Shown here: positions 1-29,981 of the stretch, piece after piece | Numbering within the stretch: position 1 is the first letter of the stretch | How the letters are laid out: the number at the start of each line of letters is the position of its first letter | Source of the DNA: the human T2T-CHM13v2.0 reference genome, Homo sapiens | NCBI RefSeq assembly: GCF_009914755.1 | Contig: NC_060936.1 | Reading direction: 5' to 3' (one strand) | Length of the DNA: 64,000 bases | Notes under the pieces: generated by a model | Seen by the model: the letters and a program-made list of their open reading frames with translations, nothing else | Databases searched by the model: none | Told to the model about the DNA's origin: nothing | Position numbers and translations under genes: made by a program

Positions 1-354
1 ATTTGTACTCTTTGTATTGCTAATTTACATAGCTGTTTAAAAGGTCACATTCATACTAATGATATGCAATGATACATTTTATTGAGCCAAGAGTAAGGTA
101 GAACAGAACAGCCCAGGGCAATGAGGATGGGGCAAGGAGGCAGGAGTAGAAAACAGCCCCCAAAAGAAAGGCAAGATGTCACGTGTATATAACTTACAAT
201 TCTATAGTGAAGAGCTATGGTTCTGAAACTTTTGCTTAACTCCTTGCCTTAATTTTTTATCCCTCCAATATATATTTTCCCTCTGAATTTTGATTATATA
301 TTGATCACAGCTAACATTGAGAAATAAAGTAAGTAAAGTTTTTATTTCCCTTAG

Positions 355-512
355 ATAATGTTAATTCAAGACTCTCGAAGAGAAGCTTCAGTGCAGATGG
401 ATTTGAGATGCTACAAAACCCAGTAAAAGATTCAAAAGAAATGTTTCAAACCTACAAACAGATGTACCTGGAGAAGAGAAGCAGAAGCCTTGGTAGCAGT
501 CCTGTAAAATAA
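355..512 (+). CDS. RESF1: Terminal coding exon, probably retroelement silencing factor 1 (KIAA1551/C12orf35)
   Basis: Branch-point-like CTAAC at 311-315, pyrimidine tract and AG acceptor at 353-354. Phase-1 frame reads (D)[51 protein letters not shown] to TAA at 510-512, followed by a repeat-free AT-rich UTR. Gene identity is from recall of the C-terminus. Confidence 0.8.
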
Positions 513-1080
513 TTACAAGATGTGGTTTTGTAATTGCCACTGGGAAATTTCTTTCCTTTTCTGTTCAAAATATTTCGCTGAAACTAATGAGAAATGCCAT
601 GATAAAGATTTCTCAGAGTTTGGTTCCCACTTTCATTGTATTTCATTGAAAGTGCTTAATTAAAATGGCTTGAGAACTTTGGGTAGCCATGTGTAAGAAA
701 TGGATGGTATTCACCGGGGAAACAAGGTATTTGAATTTCTACTTTATTGAACCAGATTTACCATTATTTTAAAAGGAATGCTTATACAAATCAATTTGAA
801 ATTCTACCCATCTTGAGGGAGGACCGTTCCTCAGTTAAGGACTTGTTTATTTAAATGGGACTGTAAATATGTTTTGGTTTCTAAGCTATATTAGCAAAAT
901 TTATTTTTCAAAAATGCCCACTGTGATGTGAATGTCAAAATATATTCTTAAGTGTTTTATAACTAATTGTAAACTTTTTTTCAGAAGTCTTATTTTATAC
1001 TTGTGAAACTGAACACAATTTTGGGACAACGTTTAAACATTACTTTTCATACTTGAAATAAACATTTATTTTTTAAAAAA
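513..1080 (+). other. RESF1: 3' UTR of the terminal exon
   Basis: Unique AU-rich sequence between the stop codon and the poly(A) signal; the 3' end is approximate. Confidence 0.75.
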
Positions 1081-1120
1081 CTAATTTGAAACCTTCACAG
1101 CTCAGTTTCTTTTTGGTTTC
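1057..1120 (+). terminator. Polyadenylation signal with downstream GU/U-rich element
   Basis: AATAAA at 1057-1062 and gtttctttttggtttc at ~1106-1120. Confidence 0.8.
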
Positions 1121-1169
1121 CTACCTTTAAAAGGACGCATTTTGGAAAGTGCTTTCAAAAGCTGAAATG

Positions 1170-1556
<387 letters not shown>

Positions 1557-1806
1557 TCAAGAAACTGGAAGGCAAGATATAACTTTATTTCTAGTTTTAC
1601 TTTATGACTACGAGAAAAGGGTTGGAGTTTTTGTTTTGAGACAGGGTCTCACTCTGTCGTCAAGGCTGGAGTACTGCGGTGTAGGATGAATGTTCACTGC
1701 AATCACTGCTACTGGGTTTAAATAATCTTCCCGTCTCTGCCTCATGAGTAGCTGGGACTACAGTGTGCTAACACACCTGGCTAATTTAAAAAAAAATTAT
1801 TTAATT

Positions 1807-2493
<687 letters not shown>

Positions 2494-2802
2494 TGAGCAC
2501 ATAATTTAAAAATACATACATTTTTGGAGACATGAGATTCTACCCTGTTGTCCAGACTGGTCTTGAACTCCTGGGCTCAAATAATCCTTTGGCCTTGGCC
2601 TCCCAAAGTCCTGGGATTACAGATGTGAGCTACCACGCCCAGAGCATGTTGGTTATTTTTATAAAATCTTAATGTTGTATATATATATATAAAATTTTCA
2701 TTTGAAAACTATGTACAAGGTAGACCAATGGATTTTAATGAAACATTGCAATTTTTTGTGCTTTTAGCTTTCATATTACAACCAACCTTTAGGAAACAAC
2801 TA

Positions 2803-6770
<3,968 letters not shown>

Positions 6771-7502
6771 TTTAAGTCAGATTTGTAAAAATATAAAACT
6801 GCCAATCTTTTCTCATTCTCCTGGTAAGTATTTTTCATAAACATTTATTTGGCTGGGTGCAGTGGCTCACGCCTGTAATCCCAACACTTTGGGAGGCCGA
6901 GCTGGGTGGATCACCTAAGGTCAGAGGTTTGAGACTAGCCTGGCCAAAATGGTGAAACCCTGTCCCTACTAAAAATACAAACATTGGTGGGCTCGGTGGC
7001 TCATGCCTGTAATCCCAGCACTTTGGGAGGCCAAGGCTGGTGAATCACGAGGTCAGGAGTTCGAGACCAGCCTGGCCAACATGGTGAAACCCTGTCTCTA
7101 CTAAAAATACAAAAATTAGCTGGGCGTGGTGGCTTGGGCCTGTAGTCCCAGCTACTCAGGAGGCAGAGGTTGCAGTGAGTCAAGATCAAGCCACTGCACT
7201 CCAGCCTGGGCGACAGAGTGAGACTGTCTCAAAAAAACAAACAAAAATAGAAAAGTTAACTGGGTGTGATGGCACGTGCCTGTAGTCTCAGCTGCTCAGG
7301 AGTCTGAGGCAGAGGTTGTAGTGAGCTGAGACTGCGCGCCACTGCACTCCAGCCTGGGAGACAGTGAGACTCAGTCTCAAAAAAAAAAAATTATATGAAT
7401 GTAATGGGTTCATCATTTTAAAATGAAGTATCTTCAAAATTTGTTTCAAGTTCTCATGGAATCGATATTGATAAATATATCTTGGTATTCTTCAGTTTTT
7501 AA

Positions 7503-7667
<165 letters not shown>

Positions 7668-8220
7668 TAATTTTTGTATTTTGGGAGTTTTTTTGTAGAT
7701 AATAGGGTTTCGCCATGTTGCCCAGGATGGTGAACTCCTGGGCTCAAGCAATCTGCCCACCTCAGCCTCTCGAAGTGTTGGGATTACAGGGGTGAGCCGC
7801 TATGCCCGGTCCCAAAGTCAGTCTCTAACCTAATCTCTGAAATGATGTGTCAATTTTGCTACTTTCTATTTGCTAGAAGTGAGTCACAGAATTCCAGCCC
7901 ATACTCAAGGGGGTTATCCAAGGGCATAAATATTAGGAAATGTGCTTTTTAAAAGTTTCTGGAGGCTGGGTGGCGTGGCTTACGCCTGTAACCCCAGCAC
8001 TTTGGGAGGCTGAGGTGGGTAGATTACCTGAGGTCAGGAGTTTTGAGACCAGCCTGGCCAACATGGCAAAACCTTGTGTCTACTAAAAATACAAAAATTA
8101 GCCAGGCACGGCTGGGCACGGTGGCTCAATCCCAGCACTTTGGGAGGCTGAGACAGGCGGATCATGAGGTCAGAAGATGGAGACCATCCTGGCTCATATG
8201 GTGAAACCCCATCTCTACTA

Positions 8221-8478
<258 letters not shown>

Positions 8479-8979
8479 TTAAAGCCTGCCTGAGGTCTTA
8501 TCTGCATTCCCCTGTGGGCTGACTCAGCACCTGGTTGCCTTGTATTCTCCTGATTATGAATCTTTCAACCTCTAGGACATGGACCATTAACGTTTAGTAT
8601 ACTTGGCTGTAGCTACTTTAAGCTTAGATATCTGCCTTCGAATATTCTACCTTTTTTAAAATAAAATATAAATGTCTAGTGATTCTTTCGTTGTTGTTTT
8701 TATTTTTTGGAGACACGGTCTTGCTGTGCCACCCAGACTCGAGTGCAATGGTGTGGTCACAGCTCACTGCAGCCTTGACCTTCTGGGCTCAAGTGATCCT
8801 CCCACCTCAGCCTCCTGAGTAGCTGGGACTGCAGGCGTGCACCACCATCCTTGGATAATTTTTTATTTTTTAGAGAAATGAGGTCTCCCTGTGTTGCCCA
8901 GTCTGGTCAGGCTCAAGCAATCCTCCCATGTCAGCTTCCCAAAGTGCTGGATTACAAGCATAAGCCACCATGCCTGGCT

Positions 8980-11597
<2,618 letters not shown>

Positions 11598-11628
11598 TTT
11601 CCCTTTTTATTTTAATTTATTTATTTGA

Positions 11629-12611
<983 letters not shown>

Positions 12612-12831
12612 CTACTGATGGGCAAGTTTTAGCACACATTTTTAGGAGGCTTAGCTACAACTACATTTAATTACAATGACTTGGAGGAGTCCCACTTTTC
12701 TGGCCTTCTCATACCAGATGAAATTCCAAAACCCGGGCTGGATGCAGTGGCTCATGCCTGTAATCCCAGCACTTTGGGAGGCCGAGGTGGGTGGATCACC
12801 TAAGGTCAGGAGTTCGAGACCAGCCTGGTCA

Positions 12832-13017
<186 letters not shown>

Positions 13018-13027
13018 TCAAAAAAAA

Positions 13028-13044
<17 letters not shown>

Positions 13045-13061
<17 letters not shown>

Positions 13062-13378
13062 TATGTATGTATATATATGTGTATATATGTATATATGTGC
13101 ATATATATGTATATATATGTGTAGATATATGTATATATGTATATGTGTATATATGTATATATATGTATATATGTGTATATATGTATATATGTATATATGT
13201 GTATATATGTATATATATGTGTATATATGTATATATATGTGTATATATGTATATATGTGTATATATGTATATATGTGTATATATGTATATATATGTGTGT
13301 ATATATGTATATATGTGTGTATATATATGTATATATATGTATATATATGTGTGTATATATATATGTATATATATATAT
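13045..13378. repeat. ~330-bp interrupted (TA)n/(TATATG)n array between an Alu tail and an Alu right arm
   Basis: Directly visible alternating purine-pyrimidine array. Confidence 0.97.
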
Positions 13379-14008
13379 TAGCTGGGCATGGTGGCAGGCT
13401 CCTGTAATCCCAGCTACTCGGGAGGCTGAGGCAGGAGAACGCTTGAACCCAGGAGGCAGAGGTTGCAGTGAGCCGAGATTGCTCCATTGCACTCCAGCCT
13501 GGGCAACAAAACAAGACGCCGTCTAAAAAACAAAAAAAATTCCAAAAGCTCCTGTGGGCAGAAGGATTCTTCCCCAGCTTTTTGCTGTCTTGGCTTATCT
13601 CTGTTGCTGACCTGCTGTCTTAACCACTGCCCTCCAGTTGCCGCATGCCTGTTGATGATAAGAGTGTCCTGGCACATGATCAGTAAGCACCTTCAGGAGG
13701 CTGGTGAGGCTTATCGGTCTCAGCCTGCTGCTGCCACGACCCCCTGGACTAGGCCTCAGGCAACCGGAATTTAAGCCTCTGCAACATCGAGAAGCATAAG
13801 TTCTCTTCTTCAGTTTCTTCACCTATAAAAAAAACAAGAGTTTCACTCTACGATTTTTAAAGTTTGTTGTATCATCTAATTCCAAAGGGATTAGGCCTTC
13901 AGAAGATGACGTGGAAAGTTCAAAAGAAATTAAAAATCATCTAAAATCCCATCCATTAGCAGTAACAATGATTAATATCTGGCTATATGTCAAATAGCTC
14001 GTGTCTAG

Positions 14009-14282
<274 letters not shown>

Positions 14283-14439
14283 TAATTTTGTATTTTTAGT
14301 AGAGACGGGGTTTCACCATGTTGGTCAGGCTGGTCTCGAACTCCCGACCTCAGGTGATCCGCCCACCTCGCCTCCCAAAGTGCTGGGATTACAGGTGTCG
14401 GCCACTGTATCTGGCCCTCAAATGTTCTAAGCAGACTCT

Positions 14440-14952
<513 letters not shown>

Positions 14953-15487
14953 TGATCCCCCCGCCTTGGCCTCCCAAAGTGCTGGGATTACAGGCTGAGC
15001 CACCGCACCCGGCCGGAACTTTGTTTTTTTTTTTCCAAGTGGCTACTTTTATTTATTTGAAAAAACAAGCCCCAGAGCTGCCAAGGGGCTGCCTTCTCTG
15101 TCTTGTGGAGACAGTGCTTGATCCTGGAGAGCAGCCATGTTGAAAAAAAGATATTTTGAGCCCTAAAATAATGAGAAAACAGGACAGAGAGAGGTGTTCT
15201 GAGCCAGTTCCAGATTTTGCCAACTGTTGCAAGAACTCTAGAATCTTTATGTTAGTAAAATGCCAAAAATAAAAGTCTGCATTGAAAGAACGTCTAACCA
15301 CTTACTATAATCCAACCTTTTAGGAAGAATGCAAAATGGCATACATGAAGAAGAGGGAAGAATCCAGAAAAACTGGAATTCCTACAAAGAAAAGTCTATA
15401 GAAACGTCCCAAAAGCAAGTAAGCAAACAGATAACACTCAGGACCTCTCATATTCATGGAAGTCATTTATAGTATAAATCCCCTTAA

Positions 15488-15892
<405 letters not shown>

Positions 15893-16024
15893 TAACTTTA
15901 ACTCCTGGTGTATTCCTTGAGGTCTGTTGAAGTCTGGATCACAGACCATTGTGGGAGGTGGCAACTTTCTAATGCATTAATTAGATTGAAAGATTTGAAA
16001 GAAAAAGTTTACATTTTTTTTTCC

Positions 16025-17536
<1,512 letters not shown>

Positions 17537-20295
17537 TAGTAGAGACGGGGTTTCACCGTGTTAGCCAGGATGGTCTCAAAAGCATGACCTCGTGATCCGC
17601 CCGCCTCGGCCTCCCAAAAGTGCTGGGATTACAGCGTGAGCCACCGCTCCCGGCATATTTATTTATTTATTTGAGACGGAGTTTCACACCTGTTGCCCAA
17701 AATGGGAGTGCAATGGCGCGATCTCAGCTCACTGCAATCCCCGCCTCCCGGGTTGATGCGATTCTCCTGCCTCAGCCTCCCAAGTAGCTCGGATTACAGG
17801 CACATGCCACCACACCTGGCTAATTTTGTATTTTTAGTACAGACAGGGTTTCACAATGTTGGTCAGATGGTCTCAAACTCCTGACCTCAGGTGATCCACC
17901 CATCTCGGCCTCCCAAAGTGTTGGGATTACAGGCATGAGCCACCGCCCCCGGCCCTGTATTTTTTATAATTAATAAAATAAAATGAAACGAACAGGAGTA
18001 TACGTTAGAACAGAATGCAAATCTGCACAAAAAATTTAAGATAAAACTGGGGCATATAAAGACATGTTTTAGCCAAGCATGGTGGCTCACAACTTAAAAT
18101 CCCAGCACTTTGGGAGGCTGAGGTGGGAGGATTGCTTGAACCCAGGTGTTCCAGACTAGCCTGGGCTACATAGTGGGACGCCCCCCTCCCCCCATCTCTA
18201 TTTTTTAAAAATAATTTTAAGGCCGGGGGCAGTGGCTTACGCCTGTAATCCCAGCACTTTGGGAGGCCGAGGCAGGCGGATCACGAGGTCAGGAGCTCCA
18301 GACCACCATGGCCAACATGGTGAAACCCTGTCTCTACTAAAATACAAAAAATTAGCCAGGCGTAGTGGTGCGCGCCTGTAGTCCCAGCTACTCAGGAGGC
18401 TGAAGCAGGAGAATAGCTTGAACCCGGGAGGCGGAGATTGAGCCGAGATCGCACCGCCGCACTCCAGCCTGGCAGCAGAGCGAGACTCAGTCTCAAAAAA
18501 AAAAAAAAAAAAAAAAAAAAAGACAGGTTTTGCCTGGAGTGCACCCTATAATGGTCGAGAGGGAAGCACATTCACTCTTTAAGAAGGAAGGCCCTAAGGA
18601 GAAGGCACTTCACTGGGAAAGCTGGAAGATGGGGGTGCTTACAGCAGAGGAGCAGGAGGAAGGAAGAAAGAAAGAGCAAATAACCCGGGCCACAGAAAGC
18701 CAAGAGTTTTGGCTGTTGCAGTCCACAGTATTATCTTGTTCCTAGTATTAGCTTGCTCCTAGTTCCACAACATCAACAATGGAGCATGAAAATGTAAACA
18801 CCTAACCAAATATTTGCACCTTTTGGATGATTTCCCACTTCTAGAAAATGAAAAATATTTGGTTGTTTACAGTCCCCATCCATTTATCTGTTCCCTTCCT
18901 TCCAGTTTTTTGCTAAGACAGTGGGACACCCTGGCTGGAGAGCAATATTCAGTTTATAGCTTGATTTTGTTTACCCCTGAGACCAAGGACAATTTTATCT
19001 ATGTTTTTAAAGGCAGAAGATAGAAATAAAATCTAAATAACTTGTCCTTGAGCCTGACCTAAAGCCTAGACAGTGGAACAGAATTCGGGAGTAAGGAGCC
19101 TGGAGAGGGTGGAGTAAGTTTATTCAAATTAATAAATGCTAAATCAGAATTATTTAAAAAATTTAGGCAGATGATTACTCACTCTCCCTGTCTTTGGAAT
19201 GTTTTAGAGAGGTATTAATGAACAATCTTATTAGCACAGACCAGGACTCTTCTTGATTCAATTGCATGAAATTGAAAAGAATTTAAAGATACTTTCTCAT
19301 GTGATTTCATGCCTTTTCCTTATACTGATGCCCACATGTTGTGAAACATATAATTCTCGCAACAAGCCTGTATTATAATCCTGTTTTAGATGAAGACAGC
19401 TGAGGCCAAGAAGGGTTATATAATTTGCCCAGGCCAGGTGCGGTGGCTCATGCCTGTAATCCTAGCACTTTGGGAGGCTGAAAAGGGTGGATCACTTGAG
19501 GCCAGGGGTTGAGACTAGCCTGGGCAACATGGTAAAACTCTGTCTGTACTAAAAATACAAAATAAACAAATTAGCTGGGCGTGATGGCCCGCACCTGTAG
19601 CCCCAGTTACTCAGGAGGCTGAGGCAGGAGAATCGCTTGAACCTGGGAGGTGGAGGTTGCAGCGAGCAGAGATCACATCACTGTACTCCAGCCTGGGCAA
19701 CAGAGCAAGACTCTGGCCACTCCACCCCACCCTCCAACCAAAAAAAATCAAAAATCAAAAAAGAGATAAAAATAATACATAAAATAATTTGCCCAAAGAC
19801 ACATGGATGACAAGTGTCAGAGTCAGGTTATAAACACAGGCAAGAAGATAACACTGCCTCACACTGCTATTTTGTGTATTTTGAAGTTACGAGTAAGAAA
19901 GGATGTCTCCTATACTTCATTAACTTTTTTTTTTTTTTTTTTGAGACGGAGTCTCGCTCTGTCACCCAGGCTGGAATACAGTGATGCGATCTCGGCTCAC
20001 TGTAACCTCTGGCTCCCGGGTTCAAGCGATTCCCCTGCCTCAGCTTCCTGAGTAGCTGGGACTACAGGCGCCTGCCACCACGGCCAGCTAATTTTTTGTA
20101 TTTTTGGTAGAGATAGGGTTTCACCCTATTAGCCAGGATGGTCTTGATCTCCTGACCTCGTGATCTGCCTGCCTCAGCCTCGCAAAGTGCTGGGATTACG
20201 GGCGTGAGCCACCGCGCCCGGCCTTCATTAACTTTTTACTCATTCTTCAGCAATCATACATTGATGAAGGAACTGAAAAGGGGGTAAGAAGGTTG

Positions 20296-21050
20296 TGTGA
20301 AAGGAAAATAAATCTTGGCGTCCCAAAATCACTAAGCTAAAAGGAAAAAAAAAAGTCAAGCTGGGAACTGCTTAGGGCAAACCTGCCTCCCATTCTATTC
20401 AAAGTCATCCCTCTGTTCACTGAGATAAATGTGTATCTGATTGCCTCCTTTGGAGAGGCTAGTCAGAAACTCAAAAGAATGCGAACATCTGTCTCTTATC
20501 TACCTATAACCTGGAAGCCCCCTTCCCTCTTCTTGTTGTCCCGGTTTTCCTTCTAGTTGTCCCACCTTTCCAGATGGAACCAATGTTCATCTACATATGT
20601 TGATTGACATCTCCTGTCTCCCTAAAATGTGTAAAACCAAGTTGTGCTCTGACCACCTTGGGCATATGTCATCAAGACCTCCTGGCTGTGCACCTGTAAT
20701 CCCAGCACTTTGGGAGGTCCAGATGGCAGATCGCTTGAGGCCAGGAGTTCCAGAACAGCCTGGCCAAGATGATGAAACCCTGTCTCTACTAAAAATACAA
20801 AAATTAGCCCAGCATGATGGCTCACGTCTGTAATACCAGCTACTCAGGAGGTTGAAGTAGGAGAATCGCTTGAACTCAGGAGTTCAAGTGGAGGTTGCAG
20901 TGAGCTGAGATCATGCCACTGCACTCCAGCCTGGGTGACAGAGTGGAGACTCCTTCTCAAAACAAAACAAACCTTCTGAGGCTGTGTCATGGACACAGGA
21001 CCTTAACTTCCTAAATTGACTGAGATCTGTCTCAGATTTGGGGGTTCCCA
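20296..21050 (+). mobile_element. MER4-family solo LTR (MER4A1-like, ERV1) with internal Alu at 20683-20970
   Basis: TGTGAAAGGAAAATAAATCTTGG start, ...gggggttcccA end, near-TSD gttg/gttc. Confidence 0.8.
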
Positions 21051-21354
21051 GTTCTAATTCCATATGCTCCCATTCTGAAGTCTCCCTAAAAAATGTTTCT
21101 TCTCGTTTGAAGATGGCTTTTGATTATTTTATTTTTCTCACTTGTAAGACAACTTACTCTTGATGTTAAAAACATCTTACTCGGCCATACACAGTGGCTC
21201 ACGCCTGTAATCCCAGCACGTTGGGAGGCCAAGGTGGGTGGATCACCTGAGGTCAGGAGTTCGAGACCAGCCTGGCCAACATAGTGAAATCTCATCTCTA
21301 CTAAAAATACAACAATTAGCTGGGCATGGTGGCACGCACCTGTAGACCCAGTTA

Positions 21355-21477
<123 letters not shown>

Positions 21478-21483
21478 TCATCT

Positions 21484-22133
21484 TGTAGGGAGGGAAAGAA
21501 CCCTTTTTCTTCTGCCCTCCTGGGGTGGGGGCTGCAAATTAAACTGAAAAAAACCAGACTGACATGTAAACATGTGGAAACTCAGTGATAAACAATGCCA
21601 TCAAAGGAGTGGTTAGAATTTGGGTTTAACAAAAGAATAAGAAATTTGTAAAGAAGTGAGGAGACAAAGGTGAAGGTTTCAGGCTTCCAGGGGTAGCAAA
21701 CTGGGAAGAAACAAATGGAAGATCAGGGTTGTTTTAGTAAGGTTTCTTATGCAGATTCTTCTCAGTCTTCCTGGACAGAGTCTAGAGTTTTCACCAGTGA
21801 TTATCAATCTAAGTCTGTTTTTAAGCAAATGAAGGAAAGAGTAGGCCTTGCCTGCCTGCTTGTCTGTCTGTCTTTCTTTCTTTTCCTTCTTTCTTTCTTT
21901 CTTTTCTTTCTTTTTCTTTTTCTCTTTTCTTCCTTTCTTCCTTTCTCTTTTCTTTCTTTCTTTCTTTCCTCTTTCTTCTTTCCTTCTTTTCCCTCCCTCC
22001 CTCCCTCCCTTCCTTCGTTCCTTCCTTCCTTCCTTCCTTCTCTCTTTCTCTCTTTCTTTGCATCTGCTGTTCCTGAATCATCTTCAGCTCAAAACAGTCC
22101 TTATTTAGGGGTGGCATATTCTGATCCCCTACA
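21484..22133 (-). mobile_element. MER34/MER39-group LTR
   Basis: tgtagggagggaaag start and cttcagctcaaaa...ggggtggcatattctgatcccctaca end. Confidence 0.6.
21848..22059. repeat. CT-rich (CTTT/CCTT)n polypyrimidine tract
   Basis: Directly visible. Confidence 0.95.
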
Positions 22134-22474
22134 ATATAATTTAACAGAAACTGTATAATCAGAGAAACTGTATAATCAGAACCATTTCTTCTGGACAGTA
22201 TTATAAACTAACTGCAAAAAGTAAAAACAGAAATTATTTCATTTTGTTTTGAACATTCAGAATATAGTGTTCTAGCAGGGATTATGTCCATGAGCAAATC
22301 AGTAAATAATTTGGAGCTGTGATAAAAATGATAAAAATGTCTCTCTTCCTCAAAAAAAAAAAAAGGTTAAGAATTAAAAGGCAGGCCGGGGGTGAGCCGC
22401 AGCTCATACCTGTAATCTCAGCACTTTGGAAGGCCAAGGTGAGAGGATCATTTGAACCCAGGAGTTTGGGATCA

Positions 22475-23489
<1,015 letters not shown>

Positions 23490-23523
23490 TCACGAGGTCA
23501 GGAGATCAAGACCATCCTCGCTA

Positions 23524-23815
<292 letters not shown>

Positions 23816-24464
23816 TTAAGACCAAACAAAACAACAAAACCAAAAAAGCCAGACCCAGTGGTGCCCAAGTGCCTGTAGTCTCAGTGACTCAGGAGGCTGA
23901 GGTGGGAAGATCACTTGAGCTCAGGAGATGGAAGCTGCAGGGAGCTGTGAGGGCACCACTGCACTCCAGCCTGGATGACACAGAGAGATCCTGTCCCCAA
24001 GAAAAAAAAGTTTCGTATAATTTAGGTAATTGTTAGTAAGAGTGAAATGACATTTGTTGGTGTTAACTATCAAATCTGAAAGAAGATCAGAAAATTAAAC
24101 TGTTGATCAAGTAAAGCTGAGTTTAGATTCACGGCAGCAAGGGAGAATACCACCTTAACAGAATCTTAGTTGTGTCTCAGAAGAGGGAACTGTGTCTGCA
24201 CACACACACTTACACATAGGCTAAAAAACTGTGACTAGGCCAGGCGTGGTGGCTCACACCTGTAATCCCAGCACTTTAGGAGGCTGAGGCAGGTGGATCA
24301 TGAGGTCAGGAGTTCGAGACCATCCTGGCTAACACGGTGAAACCCCATCTCCACTAAAAATACGAAAACTTAGCCGGGCGTGGTGGTGGGCATCTGTGGG
24401 CCCAGCTACTTGGGAGGCTGAGGCAGGAGAATCACTTGAACCTGGGAGGCGGAGGTTTCAGTGA

Positions 24465-26808
<2,344 letters not shown>

Positions 26809-27224
26809 ATACAATAATTAAAAGAAGGAATACTGTTGTTACTTTTATGGTTTAGTCAATTTACATTTTCAGTGGGTTACTGTGTAATTCAATAAAATTA
26901 TTAATCCTTAAAATACATTTGTTGGCCGGACGCTGTGGCTTATACCTGTAATCCCAGCACTCTGGGAGGCCGAGGCGGGTGGATCACCTGAGGTCGGGAG
27001 TTTGAGACCAGCCTGGCCAACATAAAGTGAAACCCCATCTCTACTAAAAGCAAAAAATTAGCCAGGCTCAGTGAAGTGGGCCTATAGTCCCAGCTACTCG
27101 GGAGGCTGAGGCAGAAGAATCGCTTGAACCTCCTGAAAAGCGGAGGTTGCGGTGAGCCAGGATTATGCCACTGCAATTCAGCGTGGTCCAGAGTGAGACA
27201 ACGTCTCAAAAAAAAAAAAAAAAG

Positions 27225-27400
27225 TCAACTGTATTAGGTATTATAAGTAATCCAGAGAGGATTTAAAGTATATAGGAGGATGTGCATAGGTTATATGCAA
27301 ATACTACACCATCTTATATAAGAGATTTGAGCACTCACAGATTTTGTTATTCAAGGAGGTGCTGGAACCAATCTCCCACAGATACATAGGGAACGACGAT
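27225..27400. mobile_element. MER2 (TcMar-Tigger) fragment
   Basis: gtattaggtattataagtaatccagagaggatttaaagtatataggaggatgtgcataggttatatgcaaatactacacca. Confidence 0.8.
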
Positions 27401-28566
27401 GTTCTGGCTTTGTTATAGTTCACGCATCTATCTTCCCGTTTATTCAACTCAAAAATTATTAGACATCTTTTGTGTACCTACCTCTGTGTTAGAGCAGGGC
27501 ATACAGCAGCAAATAAGATAATGTCCCTGGTTTTAGATAAGTTAAAATTTAGCAGGAAAAACAGGTATTATATTTTACAAATTAAATCTCATATTTTTAA
27601 GCATATTTTAACAAGAAAAAAATTCTCTGTGAATTCCATTGTAACGTTTTACATATAAAACTCTCCCTCTTAAGTCTCTAAACTTTTTTTTTTTTTTTTG
27701 AGACGGAGTCTCGCTCTGTTGCCCAGGCTGGAGTGCAGTGGTGCGATCTCAGCTCACTGCAACCTCCGCCCCTCCAGGTTTAAGCAATTCTCCTCCTCAG
27801 CATCTAGAGTAGCTGGGATTACAGGCGTGTGCCACCACGCCCAGCTAATTTTTTTTGTATTTTTAATAGAGACGGGGTTTCACCATCTTGGCCAGGCTCA
27901 TCTTGAACTCCTGACCTCGTGATCCACCCGCCTCGGCCTCCCAAAGTGCTGGGATTACAGGCGTGAGCCACTGCGCCCGGCCTTAAGTCTCTAAATTTTT
28001 AAAAAATGCATTTAATACTAAGGTCTCAAACAGTTTTCTAGACATGTAAATCAAAAACCCGTTTAATTAATTAAGATCCTGGGGGGAAAAAAAGGTTACT
28101 TGCTGAACAAAATGAAGTTTACTTATAGGAAATAGCACTATAGGAAAGTAGACAGCATTTTTCAGGAGTTGTCCATGAATGTATCTTTTTTTTTTTGTAA
28201 TTTAAAAAAATACAAAAAAGTACGTAGAATAATAAAACACACCTGCTGGAGAAATGGAACTAAAAACAAAATCTCCAATAAGTCTTTCCACAAAGATAGT
28301 AGAAAAATAATTTTATTATTGAATAAGCATTAAATCAAAATGTGATATTCACCACAGGCAATCCACTAAGAGATTACAAAACAGAATGTAATCTGTTTTG
28401 TAAAAGTCTCCCTTTTATGTAGCTAAGCAGACACAACCCTTAACATAGATGTTCTTGAGATAAGCTGCAAGTCCTAAGTAAGCTGACCTGACAGCACTAT
28501 TTGTAACAAATAGTTCATTCTAAATTCACCTGGTAATTAAGGGTGACCATCTGTGGTAATTGGTAA

Positions 28567-29510
<944 letters not shown>

Positions 29511-29981
29511 GTGTTACATAAAGGAAAAATAAACTTCTCCTATCTGTATGGGTTTTTTTTGTTGTTGTTTGTGTTTGGTTTTTTGTTTTGTTTTGTTTTT
29601 GTTTTTAAGACAGGGTCTCACTCTCACTCAGACTGGAGTACAGTGGCATGATTACAGCTCACTGCAGCCTTGACCTCCTGGGTTCAGGTAATCCTTCCAT
29701 CTCAGCATCCCAAGTAGCTAGGACTACAGGGGCGCATCACCATGCCCAGCTAATTTTGTATTTTTCATTTTTGTACAGACGAGGTCTTGCTATGTTGCCC
29801 AGGCTAGTCTTGAACTCCTGAATGAAAGTGATCCTCCTGCTTTGGCCTCCCAAAATGCTGGGATTATAGCTGTGAGTCATTGCGCCAGGCCAACTTCTCA
29901 TACCTTTGTGAGAGGAGGTAGTTTGGCAATTTGGAGCAACATTCTCACCAACGTTAGGCTCCTGCCTCCCACGGGAACTGG

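Noticed and set aside
15022-15140. Possible minus-strand processed-pseudogene end (poly(T) with tttatt ~14 nt away)
   Set aside because: The T-run is part of the neighbouring Alu TSD/L2 context; no second TSD or recognisable parent gene.
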